A stretch of DNA of 64,000 nt from a virus (Duplodnaviria > Caudoviricetes), in IMG/VR virus record IMGVR_UViG_3300033074_001347, positions 23,189 to 87,188 of that record. One strand, 5' to 3'. The position numbers were made by a program, and so were the translations under genes. The notes beneath the pieces are model-generated. The model was given only the letters and a program-made list of their open reading frames with translations, was not told where the DNA came from and did not search any database. Positions 18,601 through 29,268 of this stretch are shown piece after piece (the stretch's first letter is position 1; each line of letters opens with the position of its first letter).

Positions 18601-21116
18601 TCTTTCCTATAGCCATAAGCCTCTGATTCAGTAGAAAGAACCAGATTACCACCGCTAATACTTATTGCCTTTATATTATTATTAGTTATTAAGCTAGTGT
18701 TTGAGGTATTTATAGAGCCTACATTTATCAGATTACTAAACACTACCGCCCCAGTATCAGTACCTATGTAGGATATTGCATTTATTTTTTCAAATCCTAC
18801 ACTGTTTATAGTATTACTAGTCCCTGGTAATAAACATTTGGTATTATCTTTCCAATATTGCTTTTCTTCATAATACATGCGTCTTATATTTTTTGGTTGT
18901 ATGCTGTGCCCTTTAGTAAATCTTACAAGGGCTAATTTAGCATTAGTGGCAGGATATAGATTATCTAGTCCATGCCCTAATCTAACCTTGGAGTTTATGC
19001 TTGAATTACTAAGATTATTTACATTAGATAAACTAATCTTGCTATCAAACTCTCCATTAACATATATTTTTAGCTCTGAGGCTTCCCTTTGTACTACTAT
19101 AAATGAAGGTTCAAAACTATCAATTATCGTATTTGATGTGATTGTGTCTTCAGAAGAATAGTTATCTGATGTAAGAACAACCACTATCTTACCAGTAGCA
19201 TCCAACCTTATTTTTATGCCTCCATAACCAGAGTAAGATGATGATGAGTATGCACCATATTCTAATATATTTTGTATGACGGAATTATTTCTGTTATTTA
19301 TCCACAAGCTTATAGCCCAGTTATTAGACCCGGCAGCAATATCAGGATTACCTTGCATCTCCACATAATTATTTAATCCAAACCCCTCAATGACCTGCAT
19401 TTCACTGTTGTTATAGTAGGAATATTGATCAAGTACCCCTACCAAGGTCAGATTGTTACCTCTACCCGTTCTATCATCAGTTTTACTATTAGACAGCCAA
19501 CAAGCAGTAGTACCATTAGGCATCCACCCTGTATTATAGTTTTTCGTTATATGAACACTCATTGGTTGACCACCAACATCATCTACAAGTCTACCGAATA
19601 CATTATTAAATGCATAGGATAAATACCCCAGGTTGCCTTTTATAGGGTGGTTACCAGATACATCTGTAGGTGATATTATTGTGGAAGTAGACGTACTATA
19701 TGACCTATCTACAGAAAACCCGGTGAGTAGAGGCAGTTGGTCTACTATATTAATAGTAGAGGAACCCTGTAGCGTGTAATAAACAGAGTTTATATCTACG
19801 TATACCTTGCTTGCTGCACTAGTATTTGAAGTAGAGACCGCATTAGTAGAGTTTACTAGTATCGTCAGCCCTCCATCATGAGCTACAGCTACAAGCGGCC
19901 TTTTACGACCTGAAAAAGTCTCTTCATAATTTAGCCAACTACTAGCATTGGCATGTATACCCCTAATCTGTCCATTTGACAAGGCACCACCCGACTCCCT
20001 CTGCCATTCTACTAATTCTGCGTTTCTCTCTGATATATTTATGTCGGTTATAGCGCTAGATACAGAGTCATTTATCCTTATAGTGTCAGTGAGGAAATCC
20101 ACAGTTATTAGGTAGCCCTGCCCACTACTATCCTTAGTAAGGCCTATAAATAGCTGCCCCTCCGACATGTGTACACAGGAAATGGTATATCCGGATTTAA
20201 TTAGTCCCGTACCAGACACATGTTTACCAAATGACATCCACGGTATTATATTGGGTTTGCTAATATCATATATAATAACAGATGTTGTAGTGGCAATTAC
20301 GGCCACTACAGGAGGAAATCCTTGGGATATACCTCTAGATATTATACCTTGAAAGGTAGTGCTAAGAGGCTCATTGTACCAGCTGGTCTCAAGGCATGAT
20401 AGATACCATCTGCCTGAGTATGTGTCTTCACTTATATTATATACACAGCTATCCACTATATTGGTATTCATTAATATGTTACTGTCAACCTTATTGAGCC
20501 ATAACTGCTCTGTAGAACCAATATCTGTTATGTCACGTAAGGACGTATAATACCATGTGTTATTATACCATCTTGCTATAGCCGGTGTTCCCAATTGTGT
20601 GTGGTTATTTACAATGTATGTCTGCTGTATTGGAGTGGCGAGAGAAGATGGTAGTTCACTTTCATAATTTACAGACGGTAAACCTGCATAAGTAGATACA
20701 ACCATATTAAAATTAGTAAGATTAACTTGGTTATCAAACTTTAATGAGAAAACATACGTTTTTATATTGCCTAGTACACTACCCTGAGTTTTTATCTTAG
20801 TGTCTAGTACGGGTAAGGACATTAACGCAAATAGCGTGTCATCTTCTAGATATAAGCCTATATTACCTATATTAAAATTACCAATAGACTCATTTACTGT
20901 TACCGTATACTGTACAGTAGATGAATTAACTACTTGATAGCTGACCTTGTTACTAGTATTTTTAGAACTGAATACTTCCCCACTAACACTTGTCATAGCA
21001 ACTGTTGGTGTAATGATCTGGGAGCCTATTTTGAAGTATGCTACACCTATTTTTAGGCCAGTAGACCCTGCATTAGCGGCGGCCAATATACCTGCATTTG
21101 TAATAACTGTTGTCAT
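15645..21116 (-). CDS. Giant tail fibre/tailspike 4: baseplate anchor, LamG-like domain, pectate-lyase-like beta-helix with inserted CBM-like repeats
   Basis: Start moved to ATG 21116 (MTTVITNAG, SD AAGGAAG). The N-terminus matches the three upstream paralogues; WAISLWIN...RLG..LA LamG pattern; D-G-x-H / DDSISL beta-helix turns. Confidence 0.85.
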   Translation of the reverse strand: MTTVITNAGILAAANAGSTGLKIGVAYFKIGSQIITPTVAMTSVSGEVFSSKNTSNKVSYQVVNSSTVQYTVTVNESIGNFNIGNIGLYLEDDTLFALMSLPVLDTKIKTQGSVLGNIKTYVFSLKFDNQVNLTNFNMVVSTYAGLPSVNYESELPSSLATPIQQTYIVNNHTQLGTPAIARWYNNTWYYTSLRDITDIGSTEQLWLNKVDSNILMNTNIVDSCVYNISEDTYSGRWYLSCLETSWYNEPLSTTFQGIISRGISQGFPPVVAVIATTTSVIIYDISKPNIIPWMSFGKHVSGTGLIKSGYTISCVHMSEGQLFIGLTKDSSGQGYLITVDFLTDTIRINDSVSSAITDINISERNAELVEWQRESGGALSNGQIRGIHANASSWLNYEETFSGRKRPLVAVAHDGGLTILVNSTNAVSTSNTSAASKVYVDINSVYYTLQGSSTINIVDQLPLLTGFSVDRSYSTSTSTIISPTDVSGNHPIKGNLGYLSYAFNNVFGRLVDDVGGQPMSVHITKNYNTGWMPNGTTACWLSNSKTDDRTGRGNNLTLVGVLDQYSYYNNSEMQVIEGFGLNNYVEMQGNPDIAAGSNNWAISLWINNRNNSVIQNILEYGAYSSSSYSGYGGIKIRLDATGKIVVVLTSDNYSSEDTITSNTIIDSFEPSFIVVQREASELKIYVNGEFDSKISLSNVNNLSNSSINSKVRLGHGLDNLYPATNAKLALVRFTKGHSIQPKNIRRMYYEEKQYWKDNTKCLLPGTSNTINSVGFEKINAISYIGTDTGAVVFSNLINVGSINTSNTSLITNNNIKAISISGGNLVLSTESEAYGYRKESSLPDFINQYLTGPINSLTTIISKNINAVAGISSEIQTVAANITDIQNAEENAIAAAASAATAVAAAESVSGITGDSVILATGTTVSHKISDHLSTSGTVFHSRDFKGIDHTGATNSLSGLFKMFLKASPTGPHTTFIIDADDGNGIRLGTDVATVTQEVGSLNALKVEYVSTNSVKFTFSGARWQTGTVYAAGAIVSSLKAPQWQTGTVYAAGAQTTNGNYLYTTTAGGTSGSTAPTHTSGTVSDGAVSWTYAGACARVYRTTAGGTSGSTAPTHTSGTVSDGAVSWTQIGNEPTLPAFTPTLVSAGRVFLTVRNATKDDNNGIFEITNLDDSTGIKQITVTTSRTDNTLDESGTISGCKVAGQEPLYYPDNCTIIVKARLINYINTGYNFCICSINPDKANGYVTKNVHFYWDGGYIEFPARTITQSRKGLGITNTEEFSVHGYKTKGNDAGSFTGQCRNSRYGVVTGAGMFSGNDTGEDGWHLTQSCTDINISDMNINSGDDSISLTQEDSSGPYLMERIQISNCCLNSTNNSSFKVLIISSSASLGSKIRNVNAVGCHFGTHTNIGKGTLVRVTSVSGYEENVSDVNIVGCTMNNDAGGVAFLESTSVRFDYVARCRLSDCMIGRTVRNAIIINGSKNVSIENNKISNPAAQTSVSNVTGLTVADISYASGVTMRATFSGSPDLSSLGTTYTTITISGAANASNNGTFLVTAIDNTNKIISYTVAQKYASASYNESGLSASAYVRKQAGEMISVVGGDSHIIKGNEFIGSYNGSDGRLICALNAILLKTNSSTSQVPVNHKITSNHFTGFIGSPIVFLQNGQYIYVDNNTACNNSATSFITEGSGTSGNNYFFSNREYGSSMTKTSFSFSKTTSTYRDNEGSNSDRIRGTITIPNGSTSVTINIPNHYTSPTGATIAGMGWTRGYNQSDPTPMNLRLIPTTSYGAAKQVYSSYNSSTRNYTITADVNPGADLTFSYELNT
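17733..17918. repeat. Exact 75-bp direct repeat (17733-17807 = 17844-17918) encoding AGGTSGSTAPTHTSGTVSDGAVSWT
   Basis: Base-by-base comparison. Confidence 0.95.
17956..18047. repeat. Exact 32-bp direct repeat (17956-17987 = 18016-18047) encoding WQTGTVYAAGA
   Basis: Base-by-base comparison; a close variant lies near 21571-21597. Confidence 0.9.
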
Positions 21117-21144
21117 TAAAATATCTTCCTTATGTATTAAATTA

Positions 21145-24100
21145 TTATTGTTTATTTGGGGACACTGCATAGTTAAATGCCATGCCATTAATTCCTAAGT
21201 ATACCCAAGTGACACCACCGTCTGACGCAGACCCACTTGTATGAGTGGGGGCAGTAGAACCTGATGTACCACCTGCTGTCGTGGTGTATAGATAATTGCC
21301 GTTTGCCACGATAGAATCACCAGAATATACTGTAGTTGCTTGCCATGTATTTATTACTCCCCATCCCGGATCCTTATTAGTATTTATAGTAACTGTAGTA
21401 CCAGAGATATTATGCCACCAACCAATACAGTTAGTAGGTGCTATACCCGCATATGCCCAAGTAACACCACCGTCTGACGCAGACCCACTTGTATGTGTGG
21501 GCGCAGTAGAGCCTGATGTACCGCCTGCTGTAGTGGTGTATAATAAGCACCCATGCGTTATGCGGGCTCCCGCTGCATAAACAGTGCCAGTTTCCCATAG
21601 GTTGTTACCACCCCAGCCAGTAGTTGGCCTGAATTCTATATCCCCGCTTGTTAAGGCTGAACTTGATGCCATTGCATACACAGACGCTGGTAAGTTAATT
21701 GTGGATGAAGTTGACCCTGATGCTACTACTATTGAACCTGATATAAAATCCGAGTTTGATCCTATATTGTGTTCTGTTCTATTAGTTGGTGATATAAACT
21801 TGTAGCTATGCTTGCACGTAGTAATACCGCAGTCTGTGTTATTATGAATATTATTATTTGTATTGTCCGAGGATCCAGAGTCATTTACGAAGTATATTGC
21901 ATTACAGTCCTCTGCTGTATTATTGCATACCCTAGAGTTTTTCATAGATGATATATTTATAATACTGTCCTGTAGGCAGCCTGCAAATTTATTACCAGAT
22001 ATTTCTATGAAATTAGGCACTACGCCGTCTGTACCTTGCTGTATATTTATAGAATGGGCACCGGGATTGGTGATATAACTATCCTTAATAATTACACCAA
22101 CAGACCCTTTAATGTCTATTGCATGGTTACTATCACCTCTTCTAACTATTGATGCTGTAACAGACATCGTCGTTTCATCCTGCGCTGATGTACGAGATAT
22201 AGGAGAAACAACCCTTATAGTTTTGGCTGTATTATCCGCGCTAGTGATATTAAACCTGCCATTGTTTATACCATTTGCGAACCCACTAGTCACAACATAA
22301 TCGGTAGAAGCATTAATACTTGACAAGTTAGGAGTTCCTGTAAAGGTGAATTCCATAATACCAGCACTTATGTATGCGGCAGAGCTTATGGTTAGTGTGT
22401 TCAATACAGAAGATTGCCCAGAGTATCCACCAATAGTGGCGTTCGGACCTACATTTATTTTGTTACATGACTGTATGAATATACCTTTATTAGTTGTATT
22501 AACTACAGGCATATCCCCTAAGTCTATGTTAGTTGCACCATATATATCTATCCCAGGCTCAGTAGTACTTCCACCCAACATATCTCCGCCAGTAGTACAT
22601 CTAAATTTTATATCACTTATAGTAGATCCGGTACTTACACTATTATTTATAGTTAGTAATTGACCCCCATTAGCCCTACTAATATTATTGTTTGTAAAGG
22701 ATATATCTTTTATAACTGAATTTGTCGCGGAAGAATTAGTTAGCAACTTAATAGTTGGAAAGCCTCCCGTTGACTTCAGTATATTGTTAGATATTAAAAT
22801 GTTAGATATTGTACAACTAGAAAATGCAGAGCTATCTTGAGCTATACATAGTGCACTGTCTCCTGAGGTAATAATGTTTCTATCAATAATAACACTAGAT
22901 ATGTTACCAGATAGCCTTACTCCTTCTTCACTATCCCCATTACCAGACCTTATATTCATACCTGTTATAATGCCTCTGCTGGCATTGAATATAATAGTGT
23001 TAAAGCTACCTATATCATTACCCTCGGTTTGTACTCCCTGCACACTAAAATTCAGAACATTCCCTAAACTTATACCTTTTCTGTTATTCGTTAAAGTTCT
23101 AGGCATGTATGTTATTTTACTGGCACCCTGTAGTATTACATGTATGTTGCTACTTGTAGCACCCCCCGGTGTCTCAGTTTGATTAGGTGTGACTATCAAG
23201 GCTCCATGACTCGGATTAATATTGTGTTTTAATTCCCCCTGTATAATTAGGGTGGTTCCACTATAAATTGTCAGGGCTTGCTCCGTGTCTACACCACCGT
23301 TAGAACCTATTAGGTAACTACCCGAGGGTATAATAACCGTTACAGGTTTGGTTATACCTTTATTTAAGGCAGCCTGAATAGCAGTTCTGCAATCATTTAC
23401 ACCTGTTGGATCTATACCTTCAAAGTCAAGTACATTAAATGTACTTTGACCATCGGAAAATCTATCTGAAAGAGACCTTGCAAATGTGGTGCCTGTGGCT
23501 AAAATAGGGCTGTTACCTGATATGCTTAAACTAGCGTTTGCTTGAGCAAATGCCAAACTATTTAGTGGCCCGGTTAAGGCCAAGTTGATAAAGTCAGATA
23601 GGTTATTTTCCTGCTTATATGATGATGCTTCACTGGAAGAGGCTATTAATTGTACCCCACCATTTATACTGGCAGATATGTGCATGTCACTGGTTATAGT
23701 AGTTCTGGTAGTACTATTAATACTGGCAATTCTACTTAACCCTTCATAACATAAGGTGCCCTTGCTGGTAGCTATATATTGCCTATTATCACAGGGATCA
23801 AAACTGACCTCATTTATAACGGTGTTTGGTTCTAATAGGTATTTAGTATATGGATAGAATAGTATTTTTTCGTCATTGTACATTTTTCTTATATTGTCTA
23901 ATGTTATATACGCACCCTTTACTACCCTGACCAACGCCATACTCATATCTGTGGCAGGGTTAAGGCCATCCTGCTGTACGCCTAGTCTTATAATAGAATT
24001 ATTATTTGTAAGAGAGCCTGTAGCGGTAGTAATGGTAGCACTGGCAGATAATTCACCATTAATATATATCATCATTTTTGACCCCTCTCTTTGCACGACA

Positions 24101-26109
24101 AGGGCCACCAACTCATTTAAAACTAATCCCCTATTAGCCACCAGTGTAAAAGAACTACTAAATCCATTATTAGTTAGGGTTACTTTTGGAACCATATTTG
24201 AATCAGTGTATATTCTTATAGCACTGCCCCCATACACACTAGTATAGTAGGACTGTTCAAACAGAGTTTTTTGTGATGCGGTGCCGTTCAATCTAACCCA
24301 CATAGATATGGCCCAACTCTCAGTGCCAAAGTCAAAACTCGTACTGTGGGGAGCTGCTAAATATATATTTGTATTAAATGAGCTTACCATTTGCATATCA
24401 GATCCTGCTATAGCAGGCGATATACTTAATGACCCCGTTTGTACAAACGCATTATTATTATAATGTCTATCTTGTGTTATACCATTTGCTAACCAGCAAG
24501 CCACCGTATTATTTGGCATCCACCCAGTAGTATGCGTAGACGTGGTTATGTTACTCATATTTTGAGTTTCATTTAAGTATATACGGGATAACAAGTTAGG
24601 TTTACTAAATAGAATAATATTCTTATTTATTTTTGTGGAACTATTACCTGATATACTAGATGGCGCTATGCTCGTAGCTGATGTTTCACTAAATGCCACA
24701 TCGGCAGAAAAATCGGTTGATGCGGGTATGCTATTTAGCATTAGCAATGAGGAACTATTAAACCTAGAATATATAACTTTAGATTCTACAATATTGATAG
24801 CACTAATCTTGGCGTTATCTGTAGAATTTAAAACGCTAGTTGTAGACTTTATTAGGGATATTCCCAGGTCATGTGCTACACCAATTATTACAGATGGCCT
24901 GGAATATAGGTTGTATGTACCTGTTATACCAGTATAACTGATAGTTACGTCATTTATCTGACTATTGGGTAATGCACCTCCGGTAATACGCTGCCATATA
25001 AGAGTACTGCTGTGACGATCAGCGATATTAACATTTGTTATTGAGCAACTGATATTGTCGTGCGCCCTAATAACATCTGTAACAAAATCTATCACCAGCA
25101 CATAACCCTGTTGACCAGAAGTATTGTTTGTCAGACCTACCGTTAGGACACCCTCAGACATGTCTATAGAGGTTATGGTATGCCCCTCTTTTATAACGCC
25201 GTTTCCGTTATTGTCCTTAGTAATAGCCATCCATAGAGGTACGGCAGGTGTAGTAAGGTCATACAAGTATATAGATGTAGAAGTAGCAACTATTCCTACT
25301 AGGTACGGAAACCCTTTTTGTGAACCTCTTACCCTTACAGATTGAAAGGTAGAGGACAATGATTCACTATACCAACTAAGGTTAGATAATGAATCCTTCC
25401 ACTTTCCGTTTCCATAGTCTAACTTAGTGTCGTACACACATACTTTTTTAATATCAGAACTAGCCAGTGTAATGTTATTTATGCGATCTAACCATGTATA
25501 TTCCCCTGACCCATTATAATCTGTGAACAGCTTTGTGAATTTCCAAGTATTATCCACAAATTGTGCTAATACAGGGCTCATATACCTAGAATGGTTTCTT
25601 ACATAATAGGTTTTTTGTAAAGGCACGGGGCTTACCGCAGGTAGTAGATTTTCTGATTCTACAGTTGGTAAATTAGTATAATTAGTGGTTAGCAGGTTAA
25701 AGTCAGATAAACCAACTTGGTTTGATAAGGTTATAGAGATTTTATACGTTTTCTTATTACCTGTCTGATACCCCAATGTTCTATTTTTTTGTTCTTGGCT
25801 AGGTAGACTCATTATGGCGAATAGCGTATCATTTTCTAGGTAGATACCTATATTACCCACCAAAAAGTCACCTACCGTTTCATCAAGTGTGCAAAAATAA
25901 GTTACTTGATCGTTGCCATAAACTTCATAGTTTATAGTATTAGAAGTATTCTTGCTAGAATAAACCTCTCCCGCCACGCCAGTAAGGGTAGGTTGTGGAT
26001 TTATTATTTGTGAACCTACTTTAAAGTAGGAAATCTTTATTTTATTACCTCCACCAAACGAATCAATAGCAGCTTGCCTGCCTAAGTTAGTTAATATGAC
26101 TTGTGCCAT
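21145..26109 (-). CDS. Giant tail fibre/tailspike 3: anchor, LamG-like domain, beta-helix and two C-terminal CBM-like repeats
   Basis: MAQVILTNLG...FKVG...GNIGIYLENDTLFA anchor; NVLDFEGIDPTGVNDCRTAIQAA beta-helix cap. Confidence 0.85.
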   Translation of the reverse strand: MAQVILTNLGRQAAIDSFGGGNKIKISYFKVGSQIINPQPTLTGVAGEVYSSKNTSNTINYEVYGNDQVTYFCTLDETVGDFLVGNIGIYLENDTLFAIMSLPSQEQKNRTLGYQTGNKKTYKISITLSNQVGLSDFNLLTTNYTNLPTVESENLLPAVSPVPLQKTYYVRNHSRYMSPVLAQFVDNTWKFTKLFTDYNGSGEYTWLDRINNITLASSDIKKVCVYDTKLDYGNGKWKDSLSNLSWYSESLSSTFQSVRVRGSQKGFPYLVGIVATSTSIYLYDLTTPAVPLWMAITKDNNGNGVIKEGHTITSIDMSEGVLTVGLTNNTSGQQGYVLVIDFVTDVIRAHDNISCSITNVNIADRHSSTLIWQRITGGALPNSQINDVTISYTGITGTYNLYSRPSVIIGVAHDLGISLIKSTTSVLNSTDNAKISAINIVESKVIYSRFNSSSLLMLNSIPASTDFSADVAFSETSATSIAPSSISGNSSTKINKNIILFSKPNLLSRIYLNETQNMSNITTSTHTTGWMPNNTVACWLANGITQDRHYNNNAFVQTGSLSISPAIAGSDMQMVSSFNTNIYLAAPHSTSFDFGTESWAISMWVRLNGTASQKTLFEQSYYTSVYGGSAIRIYTDSNMVPKVTLTNNGFSSSFTLVANRGLVLNELVALVVQREGSKMMIYINGELSASATITTATGSLTNNNSIIRLGVQQDGLNPATDMSMALVRVVKGAYITLDNIRKMYNDEKILFYPYTKYLLEPNTVINEVSFDPCDNRQYIATSKGTLCYEGLSRIASINSTTRTTITSDMHISASINGGVQLIASSSEASSYKQENNLSDFINLALTGPLNSLAFAQANASLSISGNSPILATGTTFARSLSDRFSDGQSTFNVLDFEGIDPTGVNDCRTAIQAALNKGITKPVTVIIPSGSYLIGSNGGVDTEQALTIYSGTTLIIQGELKHNINPSHGALIVTPNQTETPGGATSSNIHVILQGASKITYMPRTLTNNRKGISLGNVLNFSVQGVQTEGNDIGSFNTIIFNASRGIITGMNIRSGNGDSEEGVRLSGNISSVIIDRNIITSGDSALCIAQDSSAFSSCTISNILISNNILKSTGGFPTIKLLTNSSATNSVIKDISFTNNNISRANGGQLLTINNSVSTGSTISDIKFRCTTGGDMLGGSTTEPGIDIYGATNIDLGDMPVVNTTNKGIFIQSCNKINVGPNATIGGYSGQSSVLNTLTISSAAYISAGIMEFTFTGTPNLSSINASTDYVVTSGFANGINNGRFNITSADNTAKTIRVVSPISRTSAQDETTMSVTASIVRRGDSNHAIDIKGSVGVIIKDSYITNPGAHSINIQQGTDGVVPNFIEISGNKFAGCLQDSIINISSMKNSRVCNNTAEDCNAIYFVNDSGSSDNTNNNIHNNTDCGITTCKHSYKFISPTNRTEHNIGSNSDFISGSIVVASGSTSSTINLPASVYAMASSSALTSGDIEFRPTTGWGGNNLWETGTVYAAGARITHGCLLYTTTAGGTSGSTAPTHTSGSASDGGVTWAYAGIAPTNCIGWWHNISGTTVTINTNKDPGWGVINTWQATTVYSGDSIVANGNYLYTTTAGGTSGSTAPTHTSGSASDGGVTWVYLGINGMAFNYAVSPNKQ
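21445..21543. repeat. Dispersed 99-bp repeat shared with 31945-32043 (6 mismatches)
   Basis: Aligned by hand. The 35-bp core is also identical at 17764 and 17875, and has 3 mismatches at 21233. Confidence 0.92.
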
Positions 26110-26119
26110 CAACTTTTTC

Positions 26120-29100
26120 CTATAGTATTCTGATTATGAAGTTTACAATGTATGCTGGAGGCATATTCTGACTAGAACCTACACCTGTATTATTTACTGT
26201 GATACCTGTCGTAGAAGATGCAGTTGTACCAGAACCAAGAATTGTGGTAGACCCTGTAAAATATGAGATTAGTTCACCACCAGATGTTTGTCTAACCCAT
26301 GCTCCGTGACTATGACCTGGATCTGTAATGGTGTGGGAGTGTTGTTGCATAGCTTCTGAACCACCAGAAGCACCAAGTTGTGTGCCGTTTATGCCTGAAA
26401 TACCGCTCGTAATTCTATTAGCAGCAGTACCTCCCATATTGTCCTTTCCAAATGGAGCTCTCCCCCGCATATCAGGCAAACCGAAGGTATTTACCCCATC
26501 ACCTGCTCCGTTAGCCGTACCATACCTATCAAAGAGTACCGGGAAATCCACTCTACTGAGATTTTGTCCATATGCTAACACATAGTTCTCGTTAGGTGGG
26601 ATAGCAGCAGGCCATATTAACACCGCACCAATAGGTACGTTTCCTATTTCTGTGGTTATATTATTTTCATTGGTGGTGTTACTAGAATTTTGGCTATATT
26701 GTATCATTGCGGCTGTAAAGTCATTTAGAGTGGTGGCCGGTCTGGCAAAGTATAACTCATTAGCCGTAGCAATTATACACGCGAATCCTGCCGCGCTCAC
26801 GGAAGTATGATTGTCTGATGACAGGAGTATAACAGAGCTATCGTTTAGTATATTTGTTCTTCTTAGTCCCTGAAATACTACTGTGCCAGAATCCGATGCA
26901 ATCATCAGGTCATTATTAAATTCATCTTTGGTTATACCTCTTATATCTGTTAGGGCCGATGGTAATAGGCACTTGGCAGATGTCTCAAATAAATGTTTTT
27001 CATCTTCAAACATTCTCATATGATTAGAGGCATCTATCTCCTTTTTGGATACCCTTAATAATGCTAAGCTACAATACAATGCGGGAGTTGCCGCCGCAAA
27101 ATCATTACCTATTCTTAGGGCTGCACTACTATTGGTAAGTGTAGAAGAAGCCGCTGTTACGTTACCTGATGCTGACTTAATACCATCAATCCACATCTCA
27201 AGTTTAGAGCCTACTCTTTGACATGTTACCAGAGTGGCCTTATTATTAGGTATAATCCTATTGGATGTTACTGAATCTGTTGTACTAAAGCCATTATTAG
27301 TAATGGTAAAGGTGACAAAATTGGACGAATCTAATTTTATTCTTATCCCGCTGCCTATATAAGCACTAGTATACTGCGCATATTCATAGAGTGTTTGTGC
27401 AGCAGAAGCTGACGTTTTTACCCAGAAACTTATAGAAAAGTTTGTTGTACCGAACCCAAAGTCAGCATGATTAGTATGGCTAACATACGTTACTGCGTTA
27501 AAGCCTTGTACCATATTCAGTTCAGCACCTGTAGCAGCCGCACTTAGGCTAAGAGTATTAGCAGCCGTTAATGTGTGCTTTTTTGCACTGCGATCCTCTG
27601 TTCTATGGTTTGCAAACCAACATGCAACGGTTTTTGGATTAAGCCACCCTGTAGTATATAGGGAAGTCGTATTTAAACTCATAGGTGCTGCCGTATCCTG
27701 CACTAACGATAATATATTGGCAATGCCTACGTAATTAATCCCATTGGCCGTTAATAGACGATGAGATCCTGTATAAGATGAGTCTGCCAACATTACGTCA
27801 GTAGTGTCAGAGTACGACCGTGATGGGGTAAAAGGATTTTCGGATGGAATACCGTCTTGCACTAGTAATAAACTTGAATTTTTTCTCACATACGAAATTT
27901 GATTTTTAGATACTCTAACCTCTCCTATACGCCCATTATCGTTTGAATTATAGGAGGTATCAGGCCCCACTAGTACTGTAAGCCCGGTATCGTGACCTAC
28001 AGCAACCACTGGCTCAGTACGTCCTATGATAGGGTCAACACCGAAACCACTCATAGCATGTGCCCCTACAGTTCTTACCTGACCATTACCTAGAGCCCCG
28101 CCACTAAAAAATTTAGATGCTGAAATTGTAGCTTGGTGGCGTTGAGCTATATTTATATTTAATTTATAGCCCCCCGTACTATCGTGCAGTCTTACCATAT
28201 CTAATACAAAATCTAATACAAGCATATAACCTTGTAATGAATTATTATCATTGGTAAATCCAATGTACACACAGCCTTCTGCTGCATGTACGCAACTTAC
28301 TGAATAACCTGTTTTTATAAGACCCGCTCCACCAGCTTCTTTTCTTATACCCATCCAAAGTGGTAGAGTGTTATTTGACAAATCAAATATTTGTACTTCA
28401 TTAGGGTATGCAACAATAGCTACCTGTGATGGGAACATAGCTTTAGATCCCCTGACAACCACACTATTTGGGCCAAGAGTTTGTAGGGGCTCATTATACC
28501 ATGATGTATGCTTGGTGGCATATCTCCATCTGCCATTGTAACTATCAGTATTAGTGAAATATAAGAAGGAGTGTACGATGTCATTACGTACCACCGCCCT
28601 ATTCTCAAGTTTATTTAACCACAGAGTTTCACCATCATCTGTAATAGACCTTAGCGGTGCAAAGGTCCATGTACTGTTAACCCAGTGTGCTATTGCGGGA
28701 CTACCATACTGTGTGTGGTTATTAACCATATAAGTATGAATGGTAGGGGGGATTGACGCAACAGGTAATCCGGCCTCTGTAGCTACTTCTGGAAGATTGG
28801 TATAGTTGTTTACCACCAAAGAAAAATCGGTTATGGTTGCCTGATTACCAAGCTTTAATGTAAAGGTAAACTGCTTTCTATTTCCTGCTGTTTCTCCAAC
28901 TGTGGCAGTCTTTGTTTCAGCAGACACCAATCCCATTATAGCAAATAATGTATTATCATCTAGGTATAAACCTATATTACCTACTAAAAATGGACCTACA
29001 CTCTCATCTAATATAATTTCATACTGTACAGTATCTACATCTACTATAGAATAAGATATTTTATTAGAGGTATTTTTACTAGAATAAACTTCTCCGACTA

Positions 29101-29233
29101 CGTCTGTTATAGAAGCGTCTAGGGATATAATTTGTGATCCTATTTTAAAATAGGAAACTCTTATTTGTGGGCCTGTTGTGCTGGCGTTTATTGAGGCAGT
29201 AATACCTGCATTTGTGATAATAGAATTTGACAT
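26120..29233 (-). CDS. Tail fibre 2: anchor, LamG-like domain and C-terminal phage tail collar domain
   Basis: Shared anchor; PIGAVLIWP...GQNLSRVDFPVLF..YGT.NG.GDG.NTFGLPDMRGR collar; ends NMPPAYIVNFIIR. Confidence 0.85.
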   Translation of the reverse strand: MSNSIITNAGITASINASTTGPQIRVSYFKIGSQIISLDASITDVVGEVYSSKNTSNKISYSIVDVDTVQYEIILDESVGPFLVGNIGLYLDDNTLFAIMGLVSAETKTATVGETAGNRKQFTFTLKLGNQATITDFSLVVNNYTNLPEVATEAGLPVASIPPTIHTYMVNNHTQYGSPAIAHWVNSTWTFAPLRSITDDGETLWLNKLENRAVVRNDIVHSFLYFTNTDSYNGRWRYATKHTSWYNEPLQTLGPNSVVVRGSKAMFPSQVAIVAYPNEVQIFDLSNNTLPLWMGIRKEAGGAGLIKTGYSVSCVHAAEGCVYIGFTNDNNSLQGYMLVLDFVLDMVRLHDSTGGYKLNINIAQRHQATISASKFFSGGALGNGQVRTVGAHAMSGFGVDPIIGRTEPVVAVGHDTGLTVLVGPDTSYNSNDNGRIGEVRVSKNQISYVRKNSSLLLVQDGIPSENPFTPSRSYSDTTDVMLADSSYTGSHRLLTANGINYVGIANILSLVQDTAAPMSLNTTSLYTTGWLNPKTVACWFANHRTEDRSAKKHTLTAANTLSLSAAATGAELNMVQGFNAVTYVSHTNHADFGFGTTNFSISFWVKTSASAAQTLYEYAQYTSAYIGSGIRIKLDSSNFVTFTITNNGFSTTDSVTSNRIIPNNKATLVTCQRVGSKLEMWIDGIKSASGNVTAASSTLTNSSAALRIGNDFAAATPALYCSLALLRVSKKEIDASNHMRMFEDEKHLFETSAKCLLPSALTDIRGITKDEFNNDLMIASDSGTVVFQGLRRTNILNDSSVILLSSDNHTSVSAAGFACIIATANELYFARPATTLNDFTAAMIQYSQNSSNTTNENNITTEIGNVPIGAVLIWPAAIPPNENYVLAYGQNLSRVDFPVLFDRYGTANGAGDGVNTFGLPDMRGRAPFGKDNMGGTAANRITSGISGINGTQLGASGGSEAMQQHSHTITDPGHSHGAWVRQTSGGELISYFTGSTTILGSGTTASSTTGITVNNTGVGSSQNMPPAYIVNFIIRIL

Positions 29234-29250
29234 CTGCTTTTCCTTTACAA

Positions 29251-29258
29251 TAAATTGA
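29251..29258 (-). promoter_or_regulatory. Candidate late promoter TCAATTTA
   Basis: 17 nt upstream of the fibre 2 ATG. Confidence 0.5.
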
Positions 29259-29268
29259 ATTTTAAATC